From positions 17,306 through 81,305 of the forward strand of contig DASZVE010000015.1 of assembly GCA_035547095.1 (NCBI GenBank): a stretch of DNA of 64,000 bases. Direction: 5' to 3'. Below the pieces are notes generated by a model. That model was not told where the DNA came from. It did no database searches and saw only the letters and a program-made list of their open reading frames with translations. Below, piece after piece: positions 1-8,823 of the stretch (positions are counted from its first letter, which is position 1; the number at the start of each line of letters is the position of its first letter). Origin of the DNA: Mucilaginibacter sp. (lineage in GTDB: Bacteria; Bacteroidota; Bacteroidia; Sphingobacteriales; Sphingobacteriaceae). The translations under genes and the position numbers were made by a program.

Positions 1-500
1 GCGAACGGAATGTGCTATCCATCCACTATTTTGCTATGCACAGCCAGGAAAAAACTGAGCGCCATATCGAACCGGTAGGTGTATTTTACCAGGACAATTA
101 CTGGCACCTCATCGCCTGGTGCCGCCTGCGGCAGGATTACCGCGATTTCAGGCTCGACCGGATATCCAACATCGCCCTCACCGGCGAACGTTTCCGCACG
201 CTGCACCCCAGTTTGAATGAGTATATTTCTCAACAGGCGCGCGAGCGTAACCTGCAGGAAATAGTGATCCGTGTTGAAAAACGTATTGGCCCTTACCTGA
301 ACGAACAGAAATATTACAACGGCTTCGTATCTGAACACGAGGTAGACGGCATGGTCGAAATGCGCTTCCTGACGGAATTTATTGAAGGTTTTGTACGCTG
401 GCTGATGATGTATGGCGATATGGCGGTTATTATAAGTCCGGATAGTCTGAAGGACAAAGTGCGCGAGCTATCCAACACCATCATGCTTAGGAACAGTTAA
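1..500 (+). CDS. WYL-domain transcriptional regulator, C-terminal part (5-prime end outside the window)
   Basis: The frame is open from base 3 to the stop at 498-500. The segment VGVFYQDNYWHLIAWCRLRQDYRDFRLDRI is a typical WYL-domain core (YafY/PafBC-like). Confidence 0.7.
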   Translation, partial: ERNVLSIHYFAMHSQEKTERHIEPVGVFYQDNYWHLIAWCRLRQDYRDFRLDRISNIALTGERFRTLHPSLNEYISQQARERNLQEIVIRVEKRIGPYLNEQKYYNGFVSEHEVDGMVEMRFLTEFIEGFVRWLMMYGDMAVIISPDSLKDKVRELSNTIMLRNS

Positions 501-535
501 TGCAGTTTTGTTAAGTTAAGTGATTCGTTTATTTC

Positions 536-678
536 ACTCACCCGACCTTTGCTTCGCTCGGTCACCCTCTCCACCGCGAGCGGTAAAGAGGGTTTGGTAA
601 TTTTCAAACACTTTCTTTTTTGCCCTCTTTGCGCGCAGCGTAGAGAGGGCCGACGAACGTAGTGATGTCGGGGTGAGT
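536..678. repeat. Composite nested palindromic GC-rich element (outer inverted repeat plus two internal hairpins)
   Basis: The outer arms are actcacccgac (536-546) and gtcggggtgagt (667-678). The inner hairpins are ccctct..ccgc-ga-gcgg..agaggg (565-592) and gccctct...agagggc (622-650). The unit resembles the element at 53990-54027. Confidence 0.7.
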
Positions 679-752
679 CTAAACGGAATGAGTTAAACCC
701 TGCTGACATAGGGCTGTCATAGGCGCCTGCTTCCTTTGCATAAAAGGAACAG

Positions 753-1193
753 ATGAGCACAGAACGATACTGGATAACTGTGGTATCAAAAGACCACATC
801 AAGCGCGGTGTCGCCGGCGGGTTTATACAGGCTAACCATGGTAAACCGGGTGCGCTGAAGAAGCTGCATGTAAATGACTGGGTGATATTCTATTCGCCGA
901 AAGTCACTTACCAGGGTGATGAGAAATTACAGGCTTTTACTGCGATAGGACAGGTGACAGGGACCGGGATATACCAGCACAAGATGTCGGACGATTTTAT
1001 TCCCTGGCGCAGGGAGGTCCGGTTCTACCCATGTAAGGAGACGCCATTTATCCCCCTGATCCCGTCGATGGATTTTATCAGGGACAAAAAGTCGTGGGGC
1101 TACCACTTCCGTTTCGGTTTCTTTGAGATCGGTAAGCATGATTTCGACCTCATCCGCGAAAAAATGCTGTCAGCGGAAACAATCTCATCTTAA
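753..1193 (+). CDS. EVE (PUA-like) domain protein
   Basis: 146 aa. The N-terminus RYWITVVSKDHIKRGVAGGFIQANHGK...NDWVIFYSPK matches the EVE-domain pattern. Confidence 0.7.
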   Translation: MSTERYWITVVSKDHIKRGVAGGFIQANHGKPGALKKLHVNDWVIFYSPKVTYQGDEKLQAFTAIGQVTGTGIYQHKMSDDFIPWRREVRFYPCKETPFIPLIPSMDFIRDKKSWGYHFRFGFFEIGKHDFDLIREKMLSAETISS

Positions 1194-1246
1194 AGCAATT
1201 AAATAATAAAATGATCTAACAATAGAACAATCCAACGATAATTGAC

Positions 1247-1681
1247 ATGACAAACTTAACATCAAAAACATCCATCGGGATCGATGCCCCGGCTTCGAAA
1301 GTATGGGACGCGTTGACTAAACCAGAAATTGTAAAGCAGTACTTTTTCGGCACTAATGTAAAGTCCGACTGGAAAAAGGGCAGCCCGATAACCTGGGAAG
1401 GGGAGTGGGAAGGCAAAAATTATAAAGACAAGGGAGAAATATTGGATATCCATCCGGGTACACATGTTAAATACAGTTACTGGAGCTCGATGGGCGGGAC
1501 AGAGGACAAACCGGAAAATTATGTCAATGTCTCCTATGATCTGGACGAAAGTGATGGGAAAACAACGCTCATCATTACTCAGGAAAACATTAAAACGGAG
1601 GAAGCGAAGAAACATTCCGAAGATAACTGGCAATGGGTTTTCGGTAAGATGAAGGAAATGATCGAGAGCGGCAGTATTTAA
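1247..1681 (+). CDS. SRPBCC / AHSA1-family ligand-binding protein
   Basis: 144 aa. IDAPASKVWDALTKPEIVKQYFFG...WKKGSPITWEGEW is typical of Aha1/SRPBCC domain proteins. Confidence 0.7.
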   Translation: MTNLTSKTSIGIDAPASKVWDALTKPEIVKQYFFGTNVKSDWKKGSPITWEGEWEGKNYKDKGEILDIHPGTHVKYSYWSSMGGTEDKPENYVNVSYDLDESDGKTTLIITQENIKTEEAKKHSEDNWQWVFGKMKEMIESGSI

Positions 1682-1751
1682 AGTATCATGTTATATGATA
1701 TTTATAAAAAATTGGCACATAAATAATTAAGTTATAATATAACCATTCGTT

Positions 1752-2222
1752 ATGACTCAAAATTCAGGCGTTGAGCACATAAAAACTCAAGGTTTTTTTG
1801 TTTCGGGCATCCATGTGAGAACCATTAACCGGGAAAATAAAGCACAGCAGGACATCGGCAGTCTTTGGGCAAGGTTCATGTCTGAAAATCTTGGGGCGAA
1901 GATAGAGGATAAGTTGTCCGAAGATATTTATTGCGTTTATACCGACTATGAGACGGATCACACGGGCTGGTATACGACGGTCTTAGGCTATAAGGTTGAA
2001 TGTCCCGATACCGGACAGGGACTGTTTACAGCTTTTGTGCCCGAAGGGAATTACAGGCGCTACAAACCGATTGGCGATCTGCCGGGGTGTGTGGTGGATA
2101 CCTGGATGAAAATATGCGAGGATGACTCGGGCCGCAGTTATATTGCCGATTATGATGTGTACCGGGCCGGCGCAAATTGCCCGGACGGGAGTGGAGTAGA
2201 GGTTTATTTGGGCGTAGTTTAG
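1752..2222 (+). CDS. GyrI-like small-molecule (effector) binding domain protein
   Basis: 156 aa. The GFFVSGIHVRT...IGSLWARF pattern resembles AraC-effector/GyrI-like domains. Confidence 0.6.
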   Translation: MTQNSGVEHIKTQGFFVSGIHVRTINRENKAQQDIGSLWARFMSENLGAKIEDKLSEDIYCVYTDYETDHTGWYTTVLGYKVECPDTGQGLFTAFVPEGNYRRYKPIGDLPGCVVDTWMKICEDDSGRSYIADYDVYRAGANCPDGSGVEVYLGVV

Positions 2223-2245
2223 TAAAGAAATTTCTGTTTATTAAA

Positions 2246-3625
2246 TTATATCCTGTTAAATTTCAGTCGTTTGCCAGATTTACCTTCAATAATACTTCCG
2301 TTGCTATAAGCCACGTTGCCCGAAACGATTGTGTGCATAATACTTGATCGGAATGTAGTTCCTTCGAATGGGCTCCAGCCGCATTTGTACAAAATATTCG
2401 ACTTGTTTACATTCCAGGGTTTGTCCAGGTCGACCAAAACCACGTCGGCCCAATAGCCTTCGCGGACAAAGCCGCGCCTGTCGACCTGGAAACAGGTAGC
2501 CACGTTATGCGCCATTTTCACAGCTATTTGTTCCAGGCTGATCTTGCCATGATGATACAGTTCCAGCATAGCCGGTAAAGCATGCTGTACCAAAGGTCCG
2601 CCGGAAGGCGCCTTCAGGTAAGGCTGTGATTTTTCTTCCAGCGTATGTGGGGCATGATCCGTAGCGATCACATCAATACGGCCGTCCAGCACTGCTTTAA
2701 GGATCCCTTCCCTGTCGGATGCCGTTTTTACAGCCGGGTTCCATTTGATCAGGTTGCCCTTGGTTTCGTAATCTTCGTCGCTGAACCATAGGTGATGGAT
2801 GCAAGCTTCAGCCGTGATGCGTTTGTCCTTAAGCGGAATGTCGTTGCGGAATAAATGTGTTTCCTTTTCGGTGGAGATGTGGAGGATATGCAGCCGTGTA
2901 TTGTATTTCTTAGCCAGCTCTACCGCCATCGACGATGATAGATAACAGGCTTCTTCGCTGCGAATTACTGGGTGCATCCTTATCGGAATGTCTTCTCCGT
3001 AGAGTTGTTTGTAATGCTCCAGGTTACGGCGAATGGTGGCCTCATCCTCGCAATGCACGGCTACCAGCATCGGCGACTGCGAGAAAATGCCCTCCAGCGT
3101 TTTAGGATTATCCACCAGCATATTGCCGGTCGATGACCCCATGAACACCTTTACGCCGCACACGTTTTGGATATCCGTTTTCAGTATCTGGTCGATATTA
3201 TCATTCGACGCGCCCATGAAAAACGTATAGTTAGCCAGTGAGTTACGTGATGCTATCTCATATTTTTGTTCAAGCAGTTCCTGCGTTAAAGTATTCGGTA
3301 CTGTATTAGGCATTTCCATAAAGGAAGTAATACCTCCCGCCACCGCCGCCCGCGATTCGGTATGAATATCGGCCTTATGCGTCAGCCCCGGCTCACGAAA
3401 ATGCACCTGGTCGTCGATACAGCCTGGGAAAAGATACAAGCCCTCAGCGTTGATGGTTTGATCCGCATTTAGATCGATCTGTCCGTCTATCTTTTCGATC
3501 ATCCCATCCTTAACCAGCAGGTCGCTTACAAATTGCTTGTTCTCGTTTACAATGGTGGCGGATTTGATGAGAATGGAAGGCATAATGATTTCGAATTTCG
3601 GATTCAATTGCGGATTTACTTGCAA
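2246..3625 (-). CDS. pyrC: Dihydroorotase (amidohydrolase superfamily). The start is more likely the ATG at 3583 (MPSILIK...)
   Basis: DDQVHFREPGLTHKADIHTESRAAVAGGITSFMEMPNT and VIATDHAPH are dihydroorotase/allantoinase signatures. Confidence 0.85.
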   Translation of the reverse strand: MQVNPQLNPKFEIIMPSILIKSATIVNENKQFVSDLLVKDGMIEKIDGQIDLNADQTINAEGLYLFPGCIDDQVHFREPGLTHKADIHTESRAAVAGGITSFMEMPNTVPNTLTQELLEQKYEIASRNSLANYTFFMGASNDNIDQILKTDIQNVCGVKVFMGSSTGNMLVDNPKTLEGIFSQSPMLVAVHCEDEATIRRNLEHYKQLYGEDIPIRMHPVIRSEEACYLSSSMAVELAKKYNTRLHILHISTEKETHLFRNDIPLKDKRITAEACIHHLWFSDEDYETKGNLIKWNPAVKTASDREGILKAVLDGRIDVIATDHAPHTLEEKSQPYLKAPSGGPLVQHALPAMLELYHHGKISLEQIAVKMAHNVATCFQVDRRGFVREGYWADVVLVDLDKPWNVNKSNILYKCGWSPFEGTTFRSSIMHTIVSGNVAYSNGSIIEGKSGKRLKFNRI

Positions 3626-3653
3626 AGTTACGAGTTTGGACTGACTATGAGCG

Positions 3654-4829
3654 TCATGTAGCTAATTGGCCTTTATTAAACCGCCTTGTCAGCATTTCAT
3701 AAATGATTTTCAGCCAGATTATTAAGCAAGGCAGCGCTATCAGCGCGTAAGGCAGGATATAATTTACCCGGATAAATTGGGGTATGATATCCGAATTGGA
3801 AAAGCTTGTTACGATCAGCGCAAAGAAGAACAGGCACCATTCAAAAGCAGTTATAGGCCGCTTAAGATTCATGAACCAAATACCTACACCAATGAATGCG
3901 ATGATGTACGTTGGAGGCTCGGACCCCGTGCTGTAGATGACGGTGAATATCAGCACCGAGGCCAGCAACTGCAACTGGTATTGCGTGTTCTGCCAGAATT
4001 TAATTCGCATATATGACAAGGCAAGTAGCAGTAATGCGGGCAGTAACACAACTAAATTAGACAAATGCTTTAAGCCGAATATTTTGGTGATCATGCCCAT
4101 TACACAGCGGTCGGCGCGATTGGAAATCACATTCGCCGCATTTTTGGCCACAAGATCAGGGTACCAGTCCTGGTAAGTTTTGATGATGTAGGATGGTGAC
4201 GAGATCAGCATCGGCAGTACAAATAAAACCGCGGACCAGAAGAGAAAGCTAAGAATGAATTTCAGCTTGTTTTCCGAAAAGAAAAAGAAGGCAAGGCCGA
4301 CTATGCCGTACAATTTGATAGCTGTTCCCAATACGATTGCCAGCGCCGCCCAGAAATCCTGCTTGCGTTTGATGAACACATAGCTGAAAATAATGAGTGC
4401 GGTGATGAGCGGATTTACTTCCACGTTGCCCGATGAGCCCACCATGCTGTTGGCGTTGATCAGCAGGATCAGCAGGCAATACTCACGCTTCATGGGCAGC
4501 ATCATTACCGCCTGGTACAGTATCCAGGCATTGAACATCGTCCACAGGATAACGCCGATATGATCAGGGAGCAGCGCAAATGGTGCGATCACCAACGCGA
4601 AAACCGGTCCGTAATGATTCAGGTCGAAATAGAATTGCGACTCCGGTCCGAACAGTGGATGCTGGTGGATCACATTCAGGAAATTGTGTTTGTAAATAAT
4701 ATAGTTGTTAAAATTGGCCGTGGTGCCGTCGCCAAAATATATCCCTTTAACCACCGCCAGCAAACTCGGTACAAACCACAGGAAAAGGATGACATACGGA
4801 TTGGTAAAAAAGGCTTTGAGTTTTTGCAT
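3654..4829 (-). CDS. Polytopic membrane protein, GT-C type glycosyltransferase-like (GT87/DUF2029-like)
   Basis: 391 aa with about 10 hydrophobic spans. The family assignment is by recollection of general architecture only. Confidence 0.45.
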   Translation of the reverse strand: MQKLKAFFTNPYVILFLWFVPSLLAVVKGIYFGDGTTANFNNYIIYKHNFLNVIHQHPLFGPESQFYFDLNHYGPVFALVIAPFALLPDHIGVILWTMFNAWILYQAVMMLPMKREYCLLILLINANSMVGSSGNVEVNPLITALIIFSYVFIKRKQDFWAALAIVLGTAIKLYGIVGLAFFFFSENKLKFILSFLFWSAVLFVLPMLISSPSYIIKTYQDWYPDLVAKNAANVISNRADRCVMGMITKIFGLKHLSNLVVLLPALLLLALSYMRIKFWQNTQYQLQLLASVLIFTVIYSTGSEPPTYIIAFIGVGIWFMNLKRPITAFEWCLFFFALIVTSFSNSDIIPQFIRVNYILPYALIALPCLIIWLKIIYEMLTRRFNKGQLAT

Positions 4830-4875
4830 GTAGCGACTTACGGGCTGCTAAAATAGGAAATACTCCGATACAAAA

Positions 4876-4935
4876 CCTTTCACCTTTGACCTTTCGCCTT
4901 TCACCTAACTCCCCGACTTCCGCAGACTTCCGGAC
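4876..4935 (-). repeat. CCTTTNN heptad array (complement of NNAAAGG, 4 units, 4876-4903) plus a GTCCGRAA-type element in reverse orientation (4912-4935)
   Basis: The units read cctttca cctttga cctttcg cctttca, then ccgacttccgcagacttccggacg. The upstream ORF extension 4886-4954 reads through it. Confidence 0.8.
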
Positions 4936-4954
4936 GAAACACTATCTTTGCCGC

Positions 4955-6295
4955 ATGGCAAAAAGCTTCGACGACTTCAAATTTAACCGGCAGATACTGA
5001 ATGCCATTGCCGATGCAGGTTATACCGAAGCTACCGACATACAGCAAAAAGCCATCCCACCGATACTGAACGGTCAGGATGTGATGGGCATAGCCCAGAC
5101 CGGTACGGGCAAAACCGCGGCTTATGTGCTGCCCATTATTATGCGGCTGAAATATGCGCAGGGCGAAAATCCACGTGCACTGATCGTGGCGCCAACGCGC
5201 GAACTGGCTATCCAGATAGAGGAAAACATCAGGGCCTTTGCCAAATACACCGACTTACGTACAGTAATACTTTACGGCGGTATCGGTCCAAAAGCGCAGA
5301 CCGAACAGGTAAAAAAGGGCGTCGATATCATTGTCGCAACACCGGGCCGTTTTATGGACATTTACCTGGCGGGTAACATCGTTACCAAAACATTGCAAAT
5401 ATTGGTTCTGGACGAGGCCGACAAGATGATGGATATGGGGTTTATGCCACAGATCAACCGGATTCTGGAGGTCGTGCCCCGCAAACGGCAGAACCTGCTT
5501 TTTTCGGCAACCATGTCGGACAAGGTGCGACAGCTTTCGGCCAATTTTCTTGAATTTCCTACGGAAATCGAAGTTACGCCCCAGGCCACGCCCGCACAGA
5601 CCGTCGAGCAGAAACTGTATCACGTTCCGAATATTAAAACTAAAATCAACCTGCTTAAATACCTGCTGGACGAGGAAGGCGATATTAAAAAACTGATGGT
5701 TTTTTGCAAAACGCGCAGCAATGCTGAGAATGTTTACAAATTCCTGGGCCGGCGTTATGGCGAAGAGGAGGTAAAGGTTTTGCATGCCAATAAGGGGCAA
5801 AACACACGTATTAATTCCATTAACGCTTTCAGGGGCGATGAAGTGAAAATACTGGTCGCTACCGATGTTGCCGCGCGGGGCATCGATGTGAGCGATGTGA
5901 GCCATGTGATCAATTTCGATGTGCCTTTTGTAATTGAGGATTATGTGCACCGTATTGGCAGAACCGGACGTGCCTTCCAATCGGGCGAAGCGATTACCTT
6001 TTGTACCCCGGCCGAGGAATATTACATCGGCAAGATCGAGAAACTGACCCGGCAGCCGATCCCGGTTTTAACTTTGCCGGAAGAAGTTTTCGTCGAGCAA
6101 ACGCCGTTCGAGGAGCGCCAGGACCAGGCCCGCGAGATCGACCAGCAAAAACGCCGCGAGAATCCGGAGTTTAAAGGCGCTTTTCACGAGAAGAAGCAGG
6201 TTAAAGGTGAAAGGGTAAAGGCGAAAGGTTTAACCAAAGTCCGAAAGTCCGGAAGTGCGCATAAGTCCGAAAGAAAGGGCAGAGGTAGAAAATGA
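4955..6295 (+). CDS. DEAD-box ATP-dependent RNA helicase with a basic C-terminal tail
   Basis: Contains AQTGTGKT (motif I), VLDEADKM (DEAD box), SAT and HRIGRTGR. The start is taken at ATG 4955 (MAKSFDDFKF). Confidence 0.9.
   Translation: MAKSFDDFKFNRQILNAIADAGYTEATDIQQKAIPPILNGQDVMGIAQTGTGKTAAYVLPIIMRLKYAQGENPRALIVAPTRELAIQIEENIRAFAKYTDLRTVILYGGIGPKAQTEQVKKGVDIIVATPGRFMDIYLAGNIVTKTLQILVLDEADKMMDMGFMPQINRILEVVPRKRQNLLFSATMSDKVRQLSANFLEFPTEIEVTPQATPAQTVEQKLYHVPNIKTKINLLKYLLDEEGDIKKLMVFCKTRSNAENVYKFLGRRYGEEEVKVLHANKGQNTRINSINAFRGDEVKILVATDVAARGIDVSDVSHVINFDVPFVIEDYVHRIGRTGRAFQSGEAITFCTPAEEYYIGKIEKLTRQPIPVLTLPEEVFVEQTPFEERQDQAREIDQQKRRENPEFKGAFHEKKQVKGERVKAKGLTKVRKSGSAHKSERKGRGRK
6201..6273 (+). 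repeat. NNAAAGG heptad array (6201-6228) followed by a GTCCGRAA-type element (6239-6273), lying inside the helicase 3-prime coding end
   Basis: The units read ttaaagg tgaaagg gtaaagg cgaaagg, then gtccgaaagtccggaagtgcgcataagtccgaaag. The region translates as KGERVKAKGLTKVRKSGSAHKSERKG. Confidence 0.85.
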
Positions 6296-6618
6296 AAGAA
6301 GATAATAATAAAGTCTCCCCTTCCGGGGGAGATTTAGAGGGGGCCAGGGGCATTCGCATCACACCGCTCAATTTCGCAACAGCTTTTTTCCTGTTCCTGG
6401 CGGTATACATTTCGATTTACGGTGTCCAGGTTATAGGCGCGCACTACCCCTATGCGCTCAAAAGCTGGATGTTTACCGCCATATTTGTGCTTTTTGCTAT
6501 TGCCGTGTCATTTATGGACCTTATCCTGCGCAATTTTTTCCGCCAGACTAAAAAACTGTGGATAGTGGAGCTAAGCTTTATAACTTTGGCGATTATTTTA
6601 TTTTTACTTGCGAGATAA
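6292..6618 (+). CDS. Hypothetical small membrane protein (start uncertain)
   Basis: The ATG overlaps the helicase stop (ATGA). The first about 20 codons are the 36-nt GC-rich repeat, and three hydrophobic spans follow. Confidence 0.3.
   Translation: MKEDNNKVSPSGGDLEGARGIRITPLNFATAFFLFLAVYISIYGVQVIGAHYPYALKSWMFTAIFVLFAIAVSFMDLILRNFFRQTKKLWIVELSFITLAIILFLLAR
6310..6345 (+). repeat. 36-nt GC-rich hairpin plus mirror-purine-tail element (family C)
   Basis: The sequence reads aaag tctcccc ttccg ggggaga ttt agagggg gcc. The stem pairs 6314-6320 with 6326-6332. The mirror repeat is gggggaga-ttt-agaggggg. Confidence 0.85.
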
Positions 6619-6621
6619 ACA

Positions 6622-6954
6622 ATGAAAAAAGCAGAGATCAAACTCACGATAGACCTGGATGATAACAACGTGCCCGAAAACATCACATGGGAATCGACGG
6701 ATGCGCAGAACAAGGAGGCACTCCCGGTAAAATCGATGATGCTGTCGCTTTGGGACCATAATTACAAAAATACCCTCCGCATCGATCTGTGGACAAAGGA
6801 TATGCCTGTAGACGATATGAAGCGCTTCTTTTACGAGACCCTCCAAACCATGGGCGACAGCTTTCTGAGGGCAACCGGCGAAAAGAACATTGTGGAGGAC
6901 CTGCGCGACTATTGCGCCCATTTTGCCGATAAAATGGAGATCAGCCAGAAATAA
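6622..6954 (+). CDS. gldC: Gliding motility protein GldC
   Basis: 110 aa. LRIDLWTKDMPVDDMKRFFYETLQTMGDSFLRATGEK matches the conserved GldC core as I remember it. Confidence 0.8.
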   Translation: MKKAEIKLTIDLDDNNVPENITWESTDAQNKEALPVKSMMLSLWDHNYKNTLRIDLWTKDMPVDDMKRFFYETLQTMGDSFLRATGEKNIVEDLRDYCAHFADKMEISQK

Positions 6955-6955
6955 C

Positions 6956-7399
6956 ATGAAACTCACGTCATTCGTATCGTTCGCCGGTTTTATAATACTT
7001 ATTGCTGCTACGTTTTGCCCGCTGTTTCGTCCGCTGCACATTGTTAACTGGGACATGTACAAGGCCAACATGCCTTACGGAATCGTGGTATTGCTGATAT
7101 CGGTAGTTGGTATATTGGGAGTGGTTTTGATGCAGCGCAAATTGGTTCGCCTTACGGCCTGGTTATCCGTGATATTGGTGGCGCTGTTTTACGTCCTTTC
7201 GCTGCTGAAGATCCATTACTCATTCACTTTCATACCTTTCCACTCGTTCGAAAAATTCATGGAACGCCAGATCAAATTCAAATGGGGCTGGTGGTTGTTA
7301 TGTATAGGTCCGCTGTTTGCGCTGTTTGGCGCCCTAAAAGACAAACCAAAATATAAAGCGCCTGTTGAGAACACGATGGATCAAAAAGCCGCCGTATAA
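6956..7399 (+). CDS. Hypothetical membrane protein
   Basis: The ATG lies 1 nt after the gldC stop. The protein has four hydrophobic spans. The track ORF 6890 extends upstream into gldC and was trimmed. Confidence 0.5.
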   Translation: MKLTSFVSFAGFIILIAATFCPLFRPLHIVNWDMYKANMPYGIVVLLISVVGILGVVLMQRKLVRLTAWLSVILVALFYVLSLLKIHYSFTFIPFHSFEKFMERQIKFKWGWWLLCIGPLFALFGALKDKPKYKAPVENTMDQKAAV

Positions 7400-7405
7400 T
7401 TTGAG

Positions 7406-8230
7406 ATGACCGAAACACCCGGAATAACCGAGCCACAGCTTTTAGAATTGACAGAACTGGTCAGCCGTGTGCATAGTTTTGATTTTTCGGGTTATTCGCG
7501 TGCTTCGCTAAAGCGGCGCCTGTCGCGCATCATCATGCTCAGGAAGATCAGTGTTGATCAGCTTAAGCAGTTACTTGCCGACGATCCGAAGTTTTTTCAA
7601 TGGTTTTTGGAAGAGGTTACGGTTAATGTAACCGAAATGTTCCGTGATCCGCAGTTTTATAGAGCGCTCAACAGCCAGGTTATCCCTTATTTGACAGCTT
7701 TTCCTAGCGTCAGGGTGTGGAGCGCCGGCTGCTCTTCCGGTGAAGAGGTATACTCCCTCGCTATTTTGTTATACCTTTCGGGTTTGGGCGACAGCTCATT
7801 TATTTACGGCACGGATATCCACACACAGATGCTTAATGAGGCCCGCAACGGCGTTTACAGCCAGCGCAAATTGGATAGCTATGCGGAAAATTATCGTCAG
7901 GCTGAATTGCCTGGCGATTTGTCCGACCATTTCGAAAAAATGAACGATTGCGGGCGCGTTCGCAGCGTTCTAAGGAAAAATACACTTTTTTCGATGCACA
8001 ACCTGATATCCGACAACGCGTTCAATGAATTTCATCTCATCAGTTGCCGTAACGTTTTTATTTATTTCGAGGCTGACATGCAGCAAAAGATATTGCAACT
8101 TTTTTACGAAAGTTTAAGCCCGTATGGGTTTCTATGCCTGGGGTCGAAGGAGACCATACGTTTCCCCGAAATGAAAACCAGGTTCAGGCTGATCAGCTCA
8201 AAAGGAAATATTTACCAAAAGATCGGATAA
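7406..8230 (+). CDS. cheR: CheR-type protein-glutamate O-methyltransferase
   Basis: An N-terminal helical domain (FSGYSRASLKRRLSR) is followed by a SAM-binding segment, VWSAGCSSGEEVYSLAILL. Confidence 0.85.
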   Translation: MTETPGITEPQLLELTELVSRVHSFDFSGYSRASLKRRLSRIIMLRKISVDQLKQLLADDPKFFQWFLEEVTVNVTEMFRDPQFYRALNSQVIPYLTAFPSVRVWSAGCSSGEEVYSLAILLYLSGLGDSSFIYGTDIHTQMLNEARNGVYSQRKLDSYAENYRQAELPGDLSDHFEKMNDCGRVRSVLRKNTLFSMHNLISDNAFNEFHLISCRNVFIYFEADMQQKILQLFYESLSPYGFLCLGSKETIRFPEMKTRFRLISSKGNIYQKIG

Positions 8231-8236
8231 CGGCCT

Positions 8237-8719
8237 TCAGAATAATTTTGTCTGTCCGACTCCCAGCACATTCATTTCATGCTCTAATAACCACTTTTTG
8301 CGCCATAATCCGCCGGCATAACCTGTTAATGATCCGTCCGACCCGATAACCCGGTGGCAGGGCACTACGATGGCCAGGTCGTTTTTGCCGTTGGTTGAGG
8401 CGATAGCACGAATGGCCAGCGGGTTGTTCATCATTTTGGACTGCTGCAGGTAGCTGATGGTCCTGCCGTATGGTATTTTCAGTAAACATTCCCAAACTTC
8501 CTGCTGAAAGGCCGAGCCGGGTTGTTTGATCGGAAAAGTAAACTCCCTGCGTGTTCCGGCAAAATACTCATCCAATTGTTTAGCCGCCTCCAGCAGCAGG
8601 GAAGTAGGCCCATCGCTTTCACCTGTCGCATGGTCCATAACTTTGACGGACGAAATAAACCCGTCTTCTTCCCTTATCCTGGCAACACCGATGGGAGTGG
8701 GGTGGTAGATGATTGGCAT
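8237..8719 (-). CDS. ogt: Methylated-DNA--protein-cysteine methyltransferase
   Basis: Carries the PCHRV active-site motif (VVPCHRVIGSDGSLTGYAGG). Confidence 0.9.
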   Translation of the reverse strand: MPIIYHPTPIGVARIREEDGFISSVKVMDHATGESDGPTSLLLEAAKQLDEYFAGTRREFTFPIKQPGSAFQQEVWECLLKIPYGRTISYLQQSKMMNNPLAIRAIASTNGKNDLAIVVPCHRVIGSDGSLTGYAGGLWRKKWLLEHEMNVLGVGQTKLF

Positions 8720-8722
8720 GTT

Positions 8723-8806
8723 TCAAAGGTACAAAGGCGAAAGGATAAAGGTGAAAGGTTAATCTGGCCATAATCAAACCTTTTACCTTTGGCCTTTTAC
8801 CTTTCA
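8723..8806. repeat. NNAAAGG heptad array (8723-8758) facing its complement CCTTTNN array (8779-8806)
   Basis: The left array reads tcaaagg tacaaagg cgaaagg ataaagg tgaaagg. The right array reads cctttta cctttgg cctttta cctttca. It lies in the divergent ogt/ccmB spacer. Confidence 0.85.
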
Positions 8807-8823
8807 CCTCACAAAAAGTATCT

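Noticed and set aside
497-802. 101-aa minus-strand ORF between the WYL and EVE genes
   Set aside because: It runs entirely through the nested GC-rich palindromic repeat (536-678). Its Arg/Ser/Pro-rich translation is what such repeats give in any frame, and it has no start context. It is treated as a repeat artefact.
4886-4954. Upstream extensions of track ORFs into repeats (helicase 4886, ccmC 14043, membrane protein 6890, maf 23494, hisH 50314, small ORF 40225, grpE 39109)
   Set aside because: In each case the extra codons are heptad/octad arrays or overlap the preceding gene, and a conserved-looking N-terminus begins at an internal ATG. Coordinates were trimmed accordingly.
5255-5980. 241-aa ORF antisense to the DEAD-box helicase. 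Similar long antisense ORFs occur at 11852-12586, 17532-18185, 25220-25759, 33578-34138, 37637-38437, 38649-39161, 51650-52243 and 57662-58300
   Set aside because: Each is fully nested opposite a gene with strong, recognisable motifs. Their translations are low-complexity or Arg/His-rich shadow frames with no motif. They are typical antisense ORFs of moderately GC-rich coding DNA.
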